Source: Candidatus Saccharicenans sp.
GTDB taxonomy: Bacteria > Acidobacteriota > Aminicenantia > Aminicenantales > Saccharicenantaceae
Direction: 5' to 3'
Length of the DNA: 64,000 nt
NCBI GenBank assembly: GCA_030017715.1
Contig: JASEIU010000001.1
Location: forward strand, 782,276-846,275
Shown: positions 46,673-56,068 of the stretch, piece by piece
How positions within the stretch are numbered: position 1 is the first letter of the stretch
How the letters are laid out: each line of letters opens with the position of its first letter
Position numbers and translations under genes: made by a program
The notes under the pieces: model-generated
Told to the model about the DNA's origin: nothing
Seen by the model: the letters and a program-made list of their open reading frames with translations, nothing else
Databases searched by the model: none

Positions 46673-48866
46673 CGGAGGTTGCCTTTCTCGGAGCGGACCT
46701 TTCGCTCCCGGTTTTCATTTTACCCGAATCTTCCGGAAGAAGCGACCGGCCGTCCATGTAGGCGGGCTCCGGAAGGCCGAACAACCGTAAGACCGTGGGA
46801 GCAATGTCCATGATGCTGGCTTCCTGACCGGCCAGTTTCAGGTTGCTGAACAGAACTCCTGGAACCAGAGTCGGGTCCAGACAGTGATCGGCCGACCAGG
46901 CTTTGCGGTTGTCCGCTATGACCGTCCGGTTAACCCGGCCGACCACCGAATCCCAGGATGCCCGGTAGCCCTGGTTATAAGCTACGATCAGGTCGGGGGC
47001 GTTATCCCGGTATGGTCCATGATAAATTTTTTCGGTGTCAATCAGCCGGTTAATGGCCACCGCGCCTTTTTCCTGGTCTTTGAAGCCTGATAATTTTTCC
47101 GTTAGTTCCAGTTTCAACCTCCGGCTTTCTTCTCCCGGCTCGACGATTCCCTGGGCTTCCCGGCCCCGGAGGTTGAGATAAATTCCGGCCAGACCCAGGG
47201 CATAGGCTCTGGTCCGGCTCCAGTCGACCTGCCTGAACCAGTCCTCGCTTTCTGTGGCTCCCTCCTTGAGGTGAAGGTAGCCGTTTAAGTACAGCCAGGA
47301 ATTCAGGTTGACCCCGCGGCCAAAAGCCTTAAAACCGTGATCAGACATTATGAACAGGCAGCTTTTACCGTCCAGACCGTCAAGAACTCGCCCGACCAGT
47401 GAATCCATCCGGCGGTAGAGTTCTTCCAGCACCCGGGAGCCGTCCTCCAGCCTGGCGGTCGGCTGGAAAGCCGGGTGAGTTCGGTCGAGATATCGCCAGA
47501 ACATGTGCTGGATGCTGTCGGTGGTCTCAAAGACACAGGCCACCAGCCCGCGGCGGGTTTTTTTCAGTCCGTTGAAGAATATTTTTTCCCAGTCCTGGTG
47601 GAAAGAATAAGCCAGTTCCAGGAAAGCGTTCTCCGGGAGAACTCCTTCGTTCAGAGCCCAGGTGTCATTGGCTTCGCCCAGGGTGACATAACTGCCGAAC
47701 AACCTGGCCAGGTAGGGAGCATAAATGAAAGGATGAGAAATCGGCAGGGCCGGTTTTTCGGGGTCGATATTGAGCGGAGTGATATAAAGTTCAAAGTGCG
47801 GTTTCAGGCTCAGCAGATAAAAACGGGCAATTCCCCTGATTTTCATTCCGGGACCGGCCGGGAAACTGAGCTTGATCCAGGGCGAGAAAACACCCTTCTT
47901 GAGTTCAAAACGGTTGGCCGACACTTCGACCACGGCCGACTCCTGCTCGTAATTAAGCTTGATGGTCATCGGCAGGCGGATTTCTTCCGGATTTTTCAGG
48001 AGGGAATTTTCCGGGCCGCTGATATGGGTTCGGACCACCTGTCCTTCGACCCTGACCAGCTGACTTTCCCCGCCTTCTTTTTTTTGCAGCCTGTCCGGAT
48101 TGCTGGTGTAAAAAAGGAAAGTGCCCTGGCTGCCTTTAAGGTCGGGCAGGCACATTCCCGACAGCAGGTGTCCTGAGAATTTTTCCGGCGGGAAGGTGAT
48201 GGGAACCCGGAGCACGGTGGAAAAGATTCCCTGTTCTCCGAGGATTTTCCAGAAAGGCTGACTCTTGCGCAGCAGTTTTATCTCCGGTTTGCCCAGCGGG
48301 ATTCGGTAGCGGCCCAGGGGCAGGAACCTTCGTGGAGGACCTATCCGGGCCGAGGACAGGTCGGGCAGGTAATTTTTCGGATTCCGGCTAAGAAAGTCAA
48401 AGATGTTGTGCTTGGAGGGTTCACAGCCGGTCATAAAAGATGACCAGGCTACGGGCGAGATGGCCGGAGTGGTCGTCTGCAGGCGACGATAGGTGCCCTC
48501 TTTCTTCAAGCGGTTGAGGTTGGGCAGCTTGCCCTCGGCCATGAATTTTTCGACCAGCACCGGGTCCATCCCGTCGAAACCCAGGATGATTACCCGGTCG
48601 ACCAGGCTGTTTTTATAGGCCTTCTGGCCGCGGAGCAGGCGGATTAACAGGCGGAAGGGCCAGCTTAAGAATGAAAAAAAGGCCAGGAAAAAAGTCAGAA
48701 AGAAAACCAGAAAGGAAGAAAGAAAGGCAAATCCGGCCCCCGGCCCGATATAAGCTCCGGCCGTGGCGGCCAGGCTTAAGAGCAGAAACAGGAATAATAG
48801 CCAGGGCCTGGCAGCCGGCCCGGGCTGTTGATTCTGGTATGAAGTTTCACCGCTCTCAGATTTCAT
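46653..48866 (-). CDS. AlkP-superfamily (COG3379-like) phosphodiesterase/transferase, membrane-anchored
   Basis: Signal peptide-YIGPGAG-TM; GFDGMD, PAISPVAW, DSIQH, SDHGF, DWSRTRAY, SADH. Confidence 0.85.
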   Translation of the reverse strand: MKSESGETSYQNQQPGPAARPWLLFLFLLLSLAATAGAYIGPGAGFAFLSSFLVFFLTFFLAFFSFLSWPFRLLIRLLRGQKAYKNSLVDRVIILGFDGMDPVLVEKFMAEGKLPNLNRLKKEGTYRRLQTTTPAISPVAWSSFMTGCEPSKHNIFDFLSRNPKNYLPDLSSARIGPPRRFLPLGRYRIPLGKPEIKLLRKSQPFWKILGEQGIFSTVLRVPITFPPEKFSGHLLSGMCLPDLKGSQGTFLFYTSNPDRLQKKEGGESQLVRVEGQVVRTHISGPENSLLKNPEEIRLPMTIKLNYEQESAVVEVSANRFELKKGVFSPWIKLSFPAGPGMKIRGIARFYLLSLKPHFELYITPLNIDPEKPALPISHPFIYAPYLARLFGSYVTLGEANDTWALNEGVLPENAFLELAYSFHQDWEKIFFNGLKKTRRGLVACVFETTDSIQHMFWRYLDRTHPAFQPTARLEDGSRVLEELYRRMDSLVGRVLDGLDGKSCLFIMSDHGFKAFGRGVNLNSWLYLNGYLHLKEGATESEDWFRQVDWSRTRAYALGLAGIYLNLRGREAQGIVEPGEESRRLKLELTEKLSGFKDQEKGAVAINRLIDTEKIYHGPYRDNAPDLIVAYNQGYRASWDSVVGRVNRTVIADNRKAWSADHCLDPTLVPGVLFSNLKLAGQEASIMDIAPTVLRLFGLPEPAYMDGRSLLPEDSGKMKTGSERSAPRKATSDGRKKK

Positions 48867-50161
48867 TTAGTCTTTTTGATGATGATGTCGGCCAGGTCCT
48901 CAATGGCCAGGTCCGGTCCGTGCTCTTCCAGCGACCAGAAGAAAGCATCGTCCCAGGTATGCATCCCCTGGAGGTAGCTTCGTCCGAAAATTTCTTTTTT
49001 CTTGATGGAACCCTTGAGGTCAAAACCGGGCTCGGGCACCACCACCAGGTCCGGCCCGCGGGAGGTGAATTTCCCGTCGTAAATTTCTTCGGCTTTGAAA
49101 ACCTGCCGGACAACCTTACGGCCTTTGTATTCCAGCTTGAGCAATTTTTCGGCGATTTCCTGCTTCAGTTCTTTCTTGTCCGACCTGTCGACCCGTCCCC
49201 GCGGGAATTTTTTCTTCAGGTTGAGGTAGATGCGGTTGGGGTCGAGAGCAAAAGCCACCGTCCGGTTGGAAATGTCATTCAGGCTCCTGGGCTCGCCGGA
49301 GTTAAAAGACAGATACCCGTTCTGGACCAGCCAGGCGTTGAGATAGACTTCCTGGACGATGCCGGTGAACCCGTGGTCGGATAGCAGGAAAAAGTTTTCC
49401 TCGCTTTCGTTCATCTTCTTGAAGGTGTTCAGGATCTTGGCGATGATGCGGTCTATTTGCTGGTAAAAATCGAGGAAGGACTGATGATAGGGGTGGTCTC
49501 TGTTCTCGTAGGCCGACCACAGAAAATGGTGGAGGCGGTCGGTGCAGGTTATGACAAACTGGAAGTAGTCCCAGTCCTGTTCCCAAAAGTAGTTCAGGGC
49601 TTTCTGATGGCTGGCCATGGTCTTGGAAATTTCCTGCCAGAGAATGGAGGGATTGTCGGCCACCTTGCCTGAATCGACGTCAATTTGATAGCCCATCTGT
49701 TCCAGGGCGGAGAAGTAATTCTGAGGGAAGACCGAGCGGGACAGGTCGACGGCCACAAAGCCGGATACCAGGACGCCGTTTATCCTCCGGGCCGGGTAGG
49801 TGGAAGGCTGGTTGATGACGATGCTCTTCAGGCCCCGGCTTCCCAGTCGGTCCCAGATGGTATCGGTCTTGACATCTAAGAAGTTGGGCAGCCTGAGGTC
49901 ATAAGTTCCCGCCTTGAAATCGGTGAAGCCAAAAATGCCGTGACTGCCCGGGTTGGTTCCGGTCATAAAATTGGTCCAGGAGACGGACGAAATTTCTGGC
50001 AGGCTGGCCTTCATTCGGTGCAGATGGCCGATGTCCAGAAGCCGGGCGACGGTGCTCATCACCCCGGACTTTGAGAGTTCTAAGAGCAAAGAGTGGGGGA
50101 CGCCATCCAGCCCCACCACGCAAATCTTTTTACGGGATTTCTGCTTCTTGATAATGGCCAT
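48863..50161 (-). CDS. AlkP-superfamily (COG3379-like) phosphodiesterase, no signal peptide
   Basis: GLDGVP, PEISSVSW, TDRLHH, SDHGF, GMH. Confidence 0.85.
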   Translation of the reverse strand: MAIIKKQKSRKKICVVGLDGVPHSLLLELSKSGVMSTVARLLDIGHLHRMKASLPEISSVSWTNFMTGTNPGSHGIFGFTDFKAGTYDLRLPNFLDVKTDTIWDRLGSRGLKSIVINQPSTYPARRINGVLVSGFVAVDLSRSVFPQNYFSALEQMGYQIDVDSGKVADNPSILWQEISKTMASHQKALNYFWEQDWDYFQFVITCTDRLHHFLWSAYENRDHPYHQSFLDFYQQIDRIIAKILNTFKKMNESEENFFLLSDHGFTGIVQEVYLNAWLVQNGYLSFNSGEPRSLNDISNRTVAFALDPNRIYLNLKKKFPRGRVDRSDKKELKQEIAEKLLKLEYKGRKVVRQVFKAEEIYDGKFTSRGPDLVVVPEPGFDLKGSIKKKEIFGRSYLQGMHTWDDAFFWSLEEHGPDLAIEDLADIIIKKTK

Positions 50162-50171
50162 TTACCCGATT

Positions 50172-50199
50172 ATTATAACACGAGGTGGCCTGGTGTCAA
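50172..50199 (-). promoter_or_regulatory. Consensus sigma70 promoter of the AlkP operon
   Basis: TTGACA-16-TATAAT with extended TGn; 10 nt to ATG. Confidence 0.7.
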
Positions 50200-50264
50200 T
50201 TTTTTCCGGGCCTAAAATCGGCTATCTTATTGAATATTAATGAAATAACTTTGCCCGCTCAACC

Positions 50265-50957
50265 TCAGTGGACTTCCTGACCCCCGGCTTTGAGGACCTG
50301 TTCCAGGAACATCTCTTCCGGCACTGCCCCTTCCAGGCTCAGGTTATCGTTAAAGATGGTCTTGGGAACCCCGAACACCTCGTATTTCTGGGTGAGTTCT
50401 GGAAATTCAGTGGCTTCCACCATGGCTGCCTTCACCAGGGGGGATTCCAGGGCCATCTGGTGTCCGAGCCGGACGGCTGCCGGGCAGTAAGGACAGGTGG
50501 GGGTGACAAAAACCTGGATATTGACCTCTTTATCCAGCTTTTTCAGGGCGGACTTGGTTTCCTCAGTTAACTCAGTTTGGCCGCGGCTGACATCCACTAT
50601 CGCTTCCAGCAGGCTCATGAACTCATATCCCGACGGTATCCCGAAAAAGCGGATGCCGGTGTCTTTTTCGCCCATGACCACTATGGCCGGAACCTTATCC
50701 ACCTGGAACTCGGCCGCCCGGGCCGGCTCCTTCTCGAAATCGTATACGGTCAACCTGACCTTATCGCTCAGCTCGGTCAGCTCTTGCAGCAGTTGCTTGG
50801 TTTCCGGGCAGAAACCGCAGTCCTCCTGCGTCTCGCGGCCGGGAACGATCAGCGGGCTCTTTTCCTTCTGAAAATAAACCAGCTGAACCGGGTTGACCAG
50901 CTCGGCCTCGAATTTTTTCCGGGTGAAATCCCTGACTTCTTCATTCAACAATTGCAT
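50265..50957 (-). CDS. Protein disulfide oxidoreductase (two thioredoxin folds, PDO/AhpF-N-like)
   Basis: CGFC and CPYC motifs, GIPSGYEF, GVPKT. Confidence 0.9.
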   Translation of the reverse strand: MQLLNEEVRDFTRKKFEAELVNPVQLVYFQKEKSPLIVPGRETQEDCGFCPETKQLLQELTELSDKVRLTVYDFEKEPARAAEFQVDKVPAIVVMGEKDTGIRFFGIPSGYEFMSLLEAIVDVSRGQTELTEETKSALKKLDKEVNIQVFVTPTCPYCPAAVRLGHQMALESPLVKAAMVEATEFPELTQKYEVFGVPKTIFNDNLSLEGAVPEEMFLEQVLKAGGQEVH

Positions 50958-51135
50958 ATTCGCGCTCCTTATTTTTATGATTTATGTCTCAAATCCTACT
51001 ATTCCTATAAGTTTAATATAGATTCCGGAAGGAATCAAGCCCCCCGCCCTCAGCCGACCGGATTGACAATCACCGGGGAATGGGCTTAAATTAAACTTCT
51101 TTTTTAATATTACGCCTGCGGGCGGCGAAAGTAAA

Positions 51136-52521
51136 ATGGAAAAATTATTCCGCTATCTGGAAAGTGAATACCGGAAGAAAACCGGAAAGAGCGCCGCTCT
51201 GTTCCGTCGAGCTTCGCGGGTGATGGTCCATGGAGGCAGCCATTCTCTGCGTCTCTGGAAACCATATCCTTTTTTCCCGGCTTTTGCCTCGGGGGCCGAG
51301 GTGGTCGACGTTGACGGTAATCACTATCTGGACTACTGGCAGGGGCACTACGCTAACATTCTGGGTCATAACCCGGAAGTCATCCGCCGGTCGGTGGAAC
51401 CCCATTTCCGCCACGGGACCTTTCATACCGGCTTTGAAACCCTGTCCCAGGTGGAGCTGGCCGAGCGGTTGCTGGCCAGCCTGGGCCGCCGGGGATTGAG
51501 AGTTCGATTTACCACTTCCGGGACCCTGGCCTCAACCTACGCCGTGATGCTGGCCATGGGCCACACCGGCCGCAGGCTTATTCTCAAGGTCGGAGGCGGC
51601 TGGCACGGTGCCTCGCCTTACTTGCTCAAAGGAGTAAAGTTCCATCCCGGGGCGGGATTCCAGGCTTCGGATTCGGCCGGGGTGCCATCGGCTCTCAGCC
51701 GCCAGGTTCTCATCACCAGGTTTAACGATTGCCAGCAACTGTCGGATATGTTTAAGAAATATGGCCGCCGTCTGGCGGCTTTTATTCTCGAGCCTTTTAT
51801 CGGGGTCGGCGGTTTTCTTTTCTGCTCCCGCGAGTACCTGGAGCTGGCCCGCCGTCTGGCCAGCCATTACGGAACAGTCCTGATCTTTGACGAAATCATC
51901 TCCGGATTCAGATTCTGCGCCTCCGGCCTGCAAAAAACATACGGCCTGGAACCGGATATTTCTCTATTCGGTAAGTTGATCGGCGGGGGACAGGCGGTGG
52001 CGGCCGTGGTCGGGAAGAAGGAGGTCATGGAGGGTTGCGAGCCCTCGGGCCCCGGAAGCCGGCGGGTTCATTTTGAAGGCGGGACTTTCTCCTCCCATGA
52101 AGAGTACATGAGGGCCGGTCTGGCCATGCTGGATTACCTGGAAAAGAATCAGGACCGGGTTTATCCCTATCTTGGACAGCAGGCCGAAAGGCTCAGGCGG
52201 GGCATAGAAAAGGTTTTCCGGGAGGAGGGCCTGGAAGCGGTTTGCACCGGGGACGGCAACGAGCTGGTTCGGGACTCTTCTTTTTTCATGGTCAACTTTC
52301 CGAAGAAAAAAAACTGGTACCGGCGGCCTGAAGACATCTGGAATCCCGAAAGGTCAGAGGTTGCCCTGAGAGAAGAAGCCCTGAAACTGGCCCTGCTGGT
52401 AAACGGAGTACATGTGGTTCACGGCGGGGGGTGCCTGTCAACAGCTCATACTCCCGAAGATATTGGCAGAACGATCGAGGCCTACGCCGCGGCGGCCCGC
52501 ATTTTCAGGCGTTATCTGTAA
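51136..52521 (+). CDS. Class III aminotransferase (glutamate-1-semialdehyde aminomutase-like)
   Basis: DVDGN.YLD, ILGH, SGT, WHG, IFDEIISGFR, FGKLIGGG, GTFS; no hem genes nearby. Confidence 0.85.
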   Translation: MEKLFRYLESEYRKKTGKSAALFRRASRVMVHGGSHSLRLWKPYPFFPAFASGAEVVDVDGNHYLDYWQGHYANILGHNPEVIRRSVEPHFRHGTFHTGFETLSQVELAERLLASLGRRGLRVRFTTSGTLASTYAVMLAMGHTGRRLILKVGGGWHGASPYLLKGVKFHPGAGFQASDSAGVPSALSRQVLITRFNDCQQLSDMFKKYGRRLAAFILEPFIGVGGFLFCSREYLELARRLASHYGTVLIFDEIISGFRFCASGLQKTYGLEPDISLFGKLIGGGQAVAAVVGKKEVMEGCEPSGPGSRRVHFEGGTFSSHEEYMRAGLAMLDYLEKNQDRVYPYLGQQAERLRRGIEKVFREEGLEAVCTGDGNELVRDSSFFMVNFPKKKNWYRRPEDIWNPERSEVALREEALKLALLVNGVHVVHGGGCLSTAHTPEDIGRTIEAYAAAARIFRRYL

Positions 52522-52580
52522 ATTTCTTCTGCCCATAATGAGCGGACAGTTTCCCGCGGCTGAGCTTACCTTTTATTTTT

Positions 52581-53034
52581 GGTTCATCTCCCGATTGGTT
52601 GATCAAAATAAAAATATCTGGTCGAATAGCTATTAGATTTCATTGGACCAAGGGAGGGGTTTAGAGGCACAGCCTCAAAGAGAGATTAAAAGAGGTGTCT
52701 TCGCAGCCTTTTGATCAGCCCCGGCTCTAACCAGAAGGAGAAGCCTTTCTGTTTCCCTGACCGGCGGCAATAAAGGCAGTGGGGTGGCCCGGAGTGTCTC
52801 CGAACCGCCCGCAGCGGAAGGGGTTCCCCGCTGGGGGATGGGCGGAGCGAGGACTGGAGGAGGCGGGCCGTGACAGGACCCTCCCTATTACAAGAGCCAA
52901 TAAAGAAACAGCAAGAAACGGATTTCAGGAGGCGGGCACGGCCTGACAGTCCCACCATACAATTTCAGCCACCATTGAAACGGCAAGGCTATCACAAAAA
53001 GAAGATAGTATCCTATCAACTAATTTGGAGAAGA
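52581..53034 (-). repeat. Long composite intergenic repeat, copy B
   Basis: Reverse-complement homologue of 28116-28746, lacking that copy's two internal insertions. Confidence 0.9.
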
Positions 53035-53278
53035 TTCTTATTTTTTAACTTAATTTTTTCCTGACTTTTCCACCCGGGGTTTTGGCGATGCTCATTACCT
53101 GGTTTTCGGGCAGGCCGATCCATTATGAATGGTGCGAGGTCGGGAGCAGGTCCCCGTCTCTCCGAGAGGCCTTTAGATCTGCGCTTAATAAAAATTTAAT
53201 GTTTCCTGAGCACAGTGCTGATAATTTTATGTTCTGACCGGAGACGGGGAAAGTGGCCCCAGGCTCTAAGGGCCCGGG

Positions 53279-55978
53279 TCAGGCTTTTTCCATTAGAAAT
53301 TCATACCTTCCCGATTCCACCCAGAAGACCGTCCGGTGGTCGAGCTCAGCCAGGGTAATGCCCAGGCCCGGGTCTTCGGCCACAAAATTTCCCTTTTCCC
53401 AGAAAAGCGTCCCGGATTCTTTGATGGTGCAGCTTGGCCAGAGAGGCGGAAAAACGAGCCGGGCTCTGGCGCCGACCGGAACTGCCAGACTCAGGCTGAA
53501 CTCGGAAGCGGTCCTTTTCCAGCTGAGGTTAATTTCTCCCTGGACCGTCACCAGAGAACAGCGAATTTCCTCCAGGCCGGGATAGGGTTTTACCTGGAAT
53601 ACCCCCCAGCCCGGTTCCAGCGGTTCCAGCCCGGCCAGTCCCCGGTAAAACCAGGCGTCGACGCTGCCGAACATGGCATGGTTGTGAGAATTCATGCCCT
53701 GGCCGGTGAGTTTTTCCCATCTTTCCCAGAGGCTGGTAGCACCTTCTTTGACCATGTGGCCCCAGCCGGGATAAGAATCCTGGAGGACAATTTTCAGGGC
53801 CACATCCTGCAATCCGAATTTGTTCAGCACCTCAAAGAGAAATCGGGTGCCGATAACCCCGGTATCGGGGTGATAATCATGCCGGATGGTCAGGGCATCC
53901 AGCAGGCTTTTCAGAACTTCTTCTGTCCTGTCTTCGGGAACAAGGTCCAGAAGAAGCGGCAACAGGTTGGCCGTCTGGTCCGGGAACCTGTCCACCGGTC
54001 CCTGGCGCAGGGCTTTGTATTGTTTCTCTTCCAGGTAGGCCCGGTTGAAGGCTGATTTTATCTTTTCAGCCAGCTCGGCATATTCCTTAGATTCTTCTTT
54101 TCTTCCGACCAGCTGGCAGATTTCGGCAAAAATCCTTACGTCGTGATAGTAGAACCAGGTGGCCACCAGTTCCAGCGGGGTTTTCTTGGGGACCAGGCCA
54201 CCCGGCTGGCACCAGTCGCCGTACTTTCCCAGGGTGAGCTGCAGGTTGCCGGTGGCTTTTTGCTTCAGGAAATCGATGTAATTCTTAAGGCTCTGGAAAT
54301 GTTTCCTCAGGATCTCCCGATCCCCGTAGAACCTGTAAAGATGCCAGCACAGGCTGATATAGGCCGAGCCCCAGGCCGGGTCGGCCGGGTAGACCGTCGG
54401 GTTATAAGGCGGGACAAAATCCGGCAGGCTGCCGTCTTCCTTCTGGGCCTGCCTGATTAAATTGAGGAAATGGGTATAAAAAGCGGCCAGGTCAAAGTTG
54501 CAGGAAGCGGCCTCGGCCGTGGCCAGAACGTCCCCCAGCCAGCCCTGACGTTCGTCTCGCTGGGGGCAATCGGTGGGAATGCTCATCAGGTTGGACCTCA
54601 AGCTGGTCAGGCAGCAGTCGTGGATTCTGTTTAATAGTTCGCTTGACGATTCAAATCGGCCGCAGCGGCCGACATCGCTGTGGATGAAGCAGGCTTCGAG
54701 CGTCTCTCCGTCGGGTGTGCCCGGGAAGCCCTCCAGCTCCACGTAGCGAAAACCATGGTAGGTAAAATTCGGCTCGTAGGTTTCCTTCCCTTCGCCCTTC
54801 AGGATGTAAATATCGGTAGCCCTGGCCCGGTCGCAGGTGGCCTGGTTCAGGCGGCCATCGGGCTGAAGAAGTTCGCCGTAGCGAAGCTGCACCTGGCTGC
54901 CGGCCGGTCCGCTGACCTTCAGCCTGGCCCAGCCTGAGATGTTGCGCCCGAAATCAAAAACATACCTGCCCCCCTCCGCCGGCCAGATGCTGACCGGCTT
55001 CAGGCGTTCGGTAATTCTTATGGGCGGGATATTCTGTGCGGCCGGCGGGGGCCCGGAAACGGCCACCGCCTTTTTCCAGCCGGAGTCGTCGAAACCCGGC
55101 TCGGCCCAACCCGGCTGTTCCAGGCGGGCGTCATAGTTTTCGCCGTAATAGATTCCATTTTCTCTGACCGGGCCGCCTGAAACTTTCCAGCTCTCGTTGC
55201 TGGTAATTGTGTCCAGCCCGCCCTTTTCATAATAGATTTCCATCCGGAAAAGCAATTTCGGCTGTCCGTAGCCGTACTTCTGGATGTGACGTCCGTTTCC
55301 CAGGACAACTCCCACGGCATTCTGCTCCCGGATGAGGTCGGTGACTTCGTAGGCTGAATAAAGAGCAACTTTGTTGTAATCAGACCAGCCCGGGTCGAGC
55401 ACCCGGTCGCCGATTTTCTGACCGTTCAGATAGAGATGATAATGGCCGAGCCCGCTGATATATATCATGGCTCTGGTGGCCCGGTCGCGGCTCTTGAATT
55501 CTTTCCGGAGGTAGATTCCCAGACACTGGATGTCCGGCGGTTCGTTTTGTCCCAGCAACACCGTGGCCGGGCCGGCGTAGGTCTCCGGGTCGGCCATGGT
55601 GATCCAGTTCGCCCGGAACTTTGAGCTGCCCATAAAGCCGGTGCCGAAGACGGCGAGGTCGCTGTACGGACTGACCTGGCCGGAAGTGTTCCACCAGCGG
55701 ACTCGCCAGTAATAGTTCTGGCAGCTCAGTAGTTCTTCGCCGCCGTAGGGGATATGAGTGGTTTCCTGGCTGCTGACCTTTCCGCTATCCCAGTAATCGC
55801 CCACTTCCTGCTCGCAGAAGACTCTTTCCGAGGCCACGATGATCTGATAGGCTGTCTGCTGGTCGCCCCGGATATCGCTTTTCAATTTCCAGAAGAACCG
55901 GGGCCGGGGAATCTCGATGAGTTGAGGTTCTTTGAGGTATTCGACTCTGAGGTCAAAGGGAGGATAAAGGGGCATCAT
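53279..55978 (-). CDS. Alpha-L-rhamnosidase (GH78)
   Basis: FTYHGFRYV, PTDCPQRDERQGWLGD, YGDW, ATSLWERW, MNSHNHAMFG; no signal peptide. Confidence 0.92.
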   Translation of the reverse strand: MMPLYPPFDLRVEYLKEPQLIEIPRPRFFWKLKSDIRGDQQTAYQIIVASERVFCEQEVGDYWDSGKVSSQETTHIPYGGEELLSCQNYYWRVRWWNTSGQVSPYSDLAVFGTGFMGSSKFRANWITMADPETYAGPATVLLGQNEPPDIQCLGIYLRKEFKSRDRATRAMIYISGLGHYHLYLNGQKIGDRVLDPGWSDYNKVALYSAYEVTDLIREQNAVGVVLGNGRHIQKYGYGQPKLLFRMEIYYEKGGLDTITSNESWKVSGGPVRENGIYYGENYDARLEQPGWAEPGFDDSGWKKAVAVSGPPPAAQNIPPIRITERLKPVSIWPAEGGRYVFDFGRNISGWARLKVSGPAGSQVQLRYGELLQPDGRLNQATCDRARATDIYILKGEGKETYEPNFTYHGFRYVELEGFPGTPDGETLEACFIHSDVGRCGRFESSSELLNRIHDCCLTSLRSNLMSIPTDCPQRDERQGWLGDVLATAEAASCNFDLAAFYTHFLNLIRQAQKEDGSLPDFVPPYNPTVYPADPAWGSAYISLCWHLYRFYGDREILRKHFQSLKNYIDFLKQKATGNLQLTLGKYGDWCQPGGLVPKKTPLELVATWFYYHDVRIFAEICQLVGRKEESKEYAELAEKIKSAFNRAYLEEKQYKALRQGPVDRFPDQTANLLPLLLDLVPEDRTEEVLKSLLDALTIRHDYHPDTGVIGTRFLFEVLNKFGLQDVALKIVLQDSYPGWGHMVKEGATSLWERWEKLTGQGMNSHNHAMFGSVDAWFYRGLAGLEPLEPGWGVFQVKPYPGLEEIRCSLVTVQGEINLSWKRTASEFSLSLAVPVGARARLVFPPLWPSCTIKESGTLFWEKGNFVAEDPGLGITLAELDHRTVFWVESGRYEFLMEKA

Positions 55979-56068
55979 TCTCTCCTGACTGTGTTATCAA
56001 CCGGCCGGTTCCTCTAAAACCGGCCAGAAAGTTTGGTCTTATGGCCGTCATCGCCTGTTTCCTTTAGA

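Noticed and set aside
50265..50957. Selenocysteine in the disulfide oxidoreductase
   Set aside because: Both CxxC motifs are encoded by Cys codons and there is no in-frame TGA
51136..52521. Calling the class III aminotransferase hemL
   Set aside because: It diverges from canonical GSAM motifs and has no tetrapyrrole gene context; left at family level
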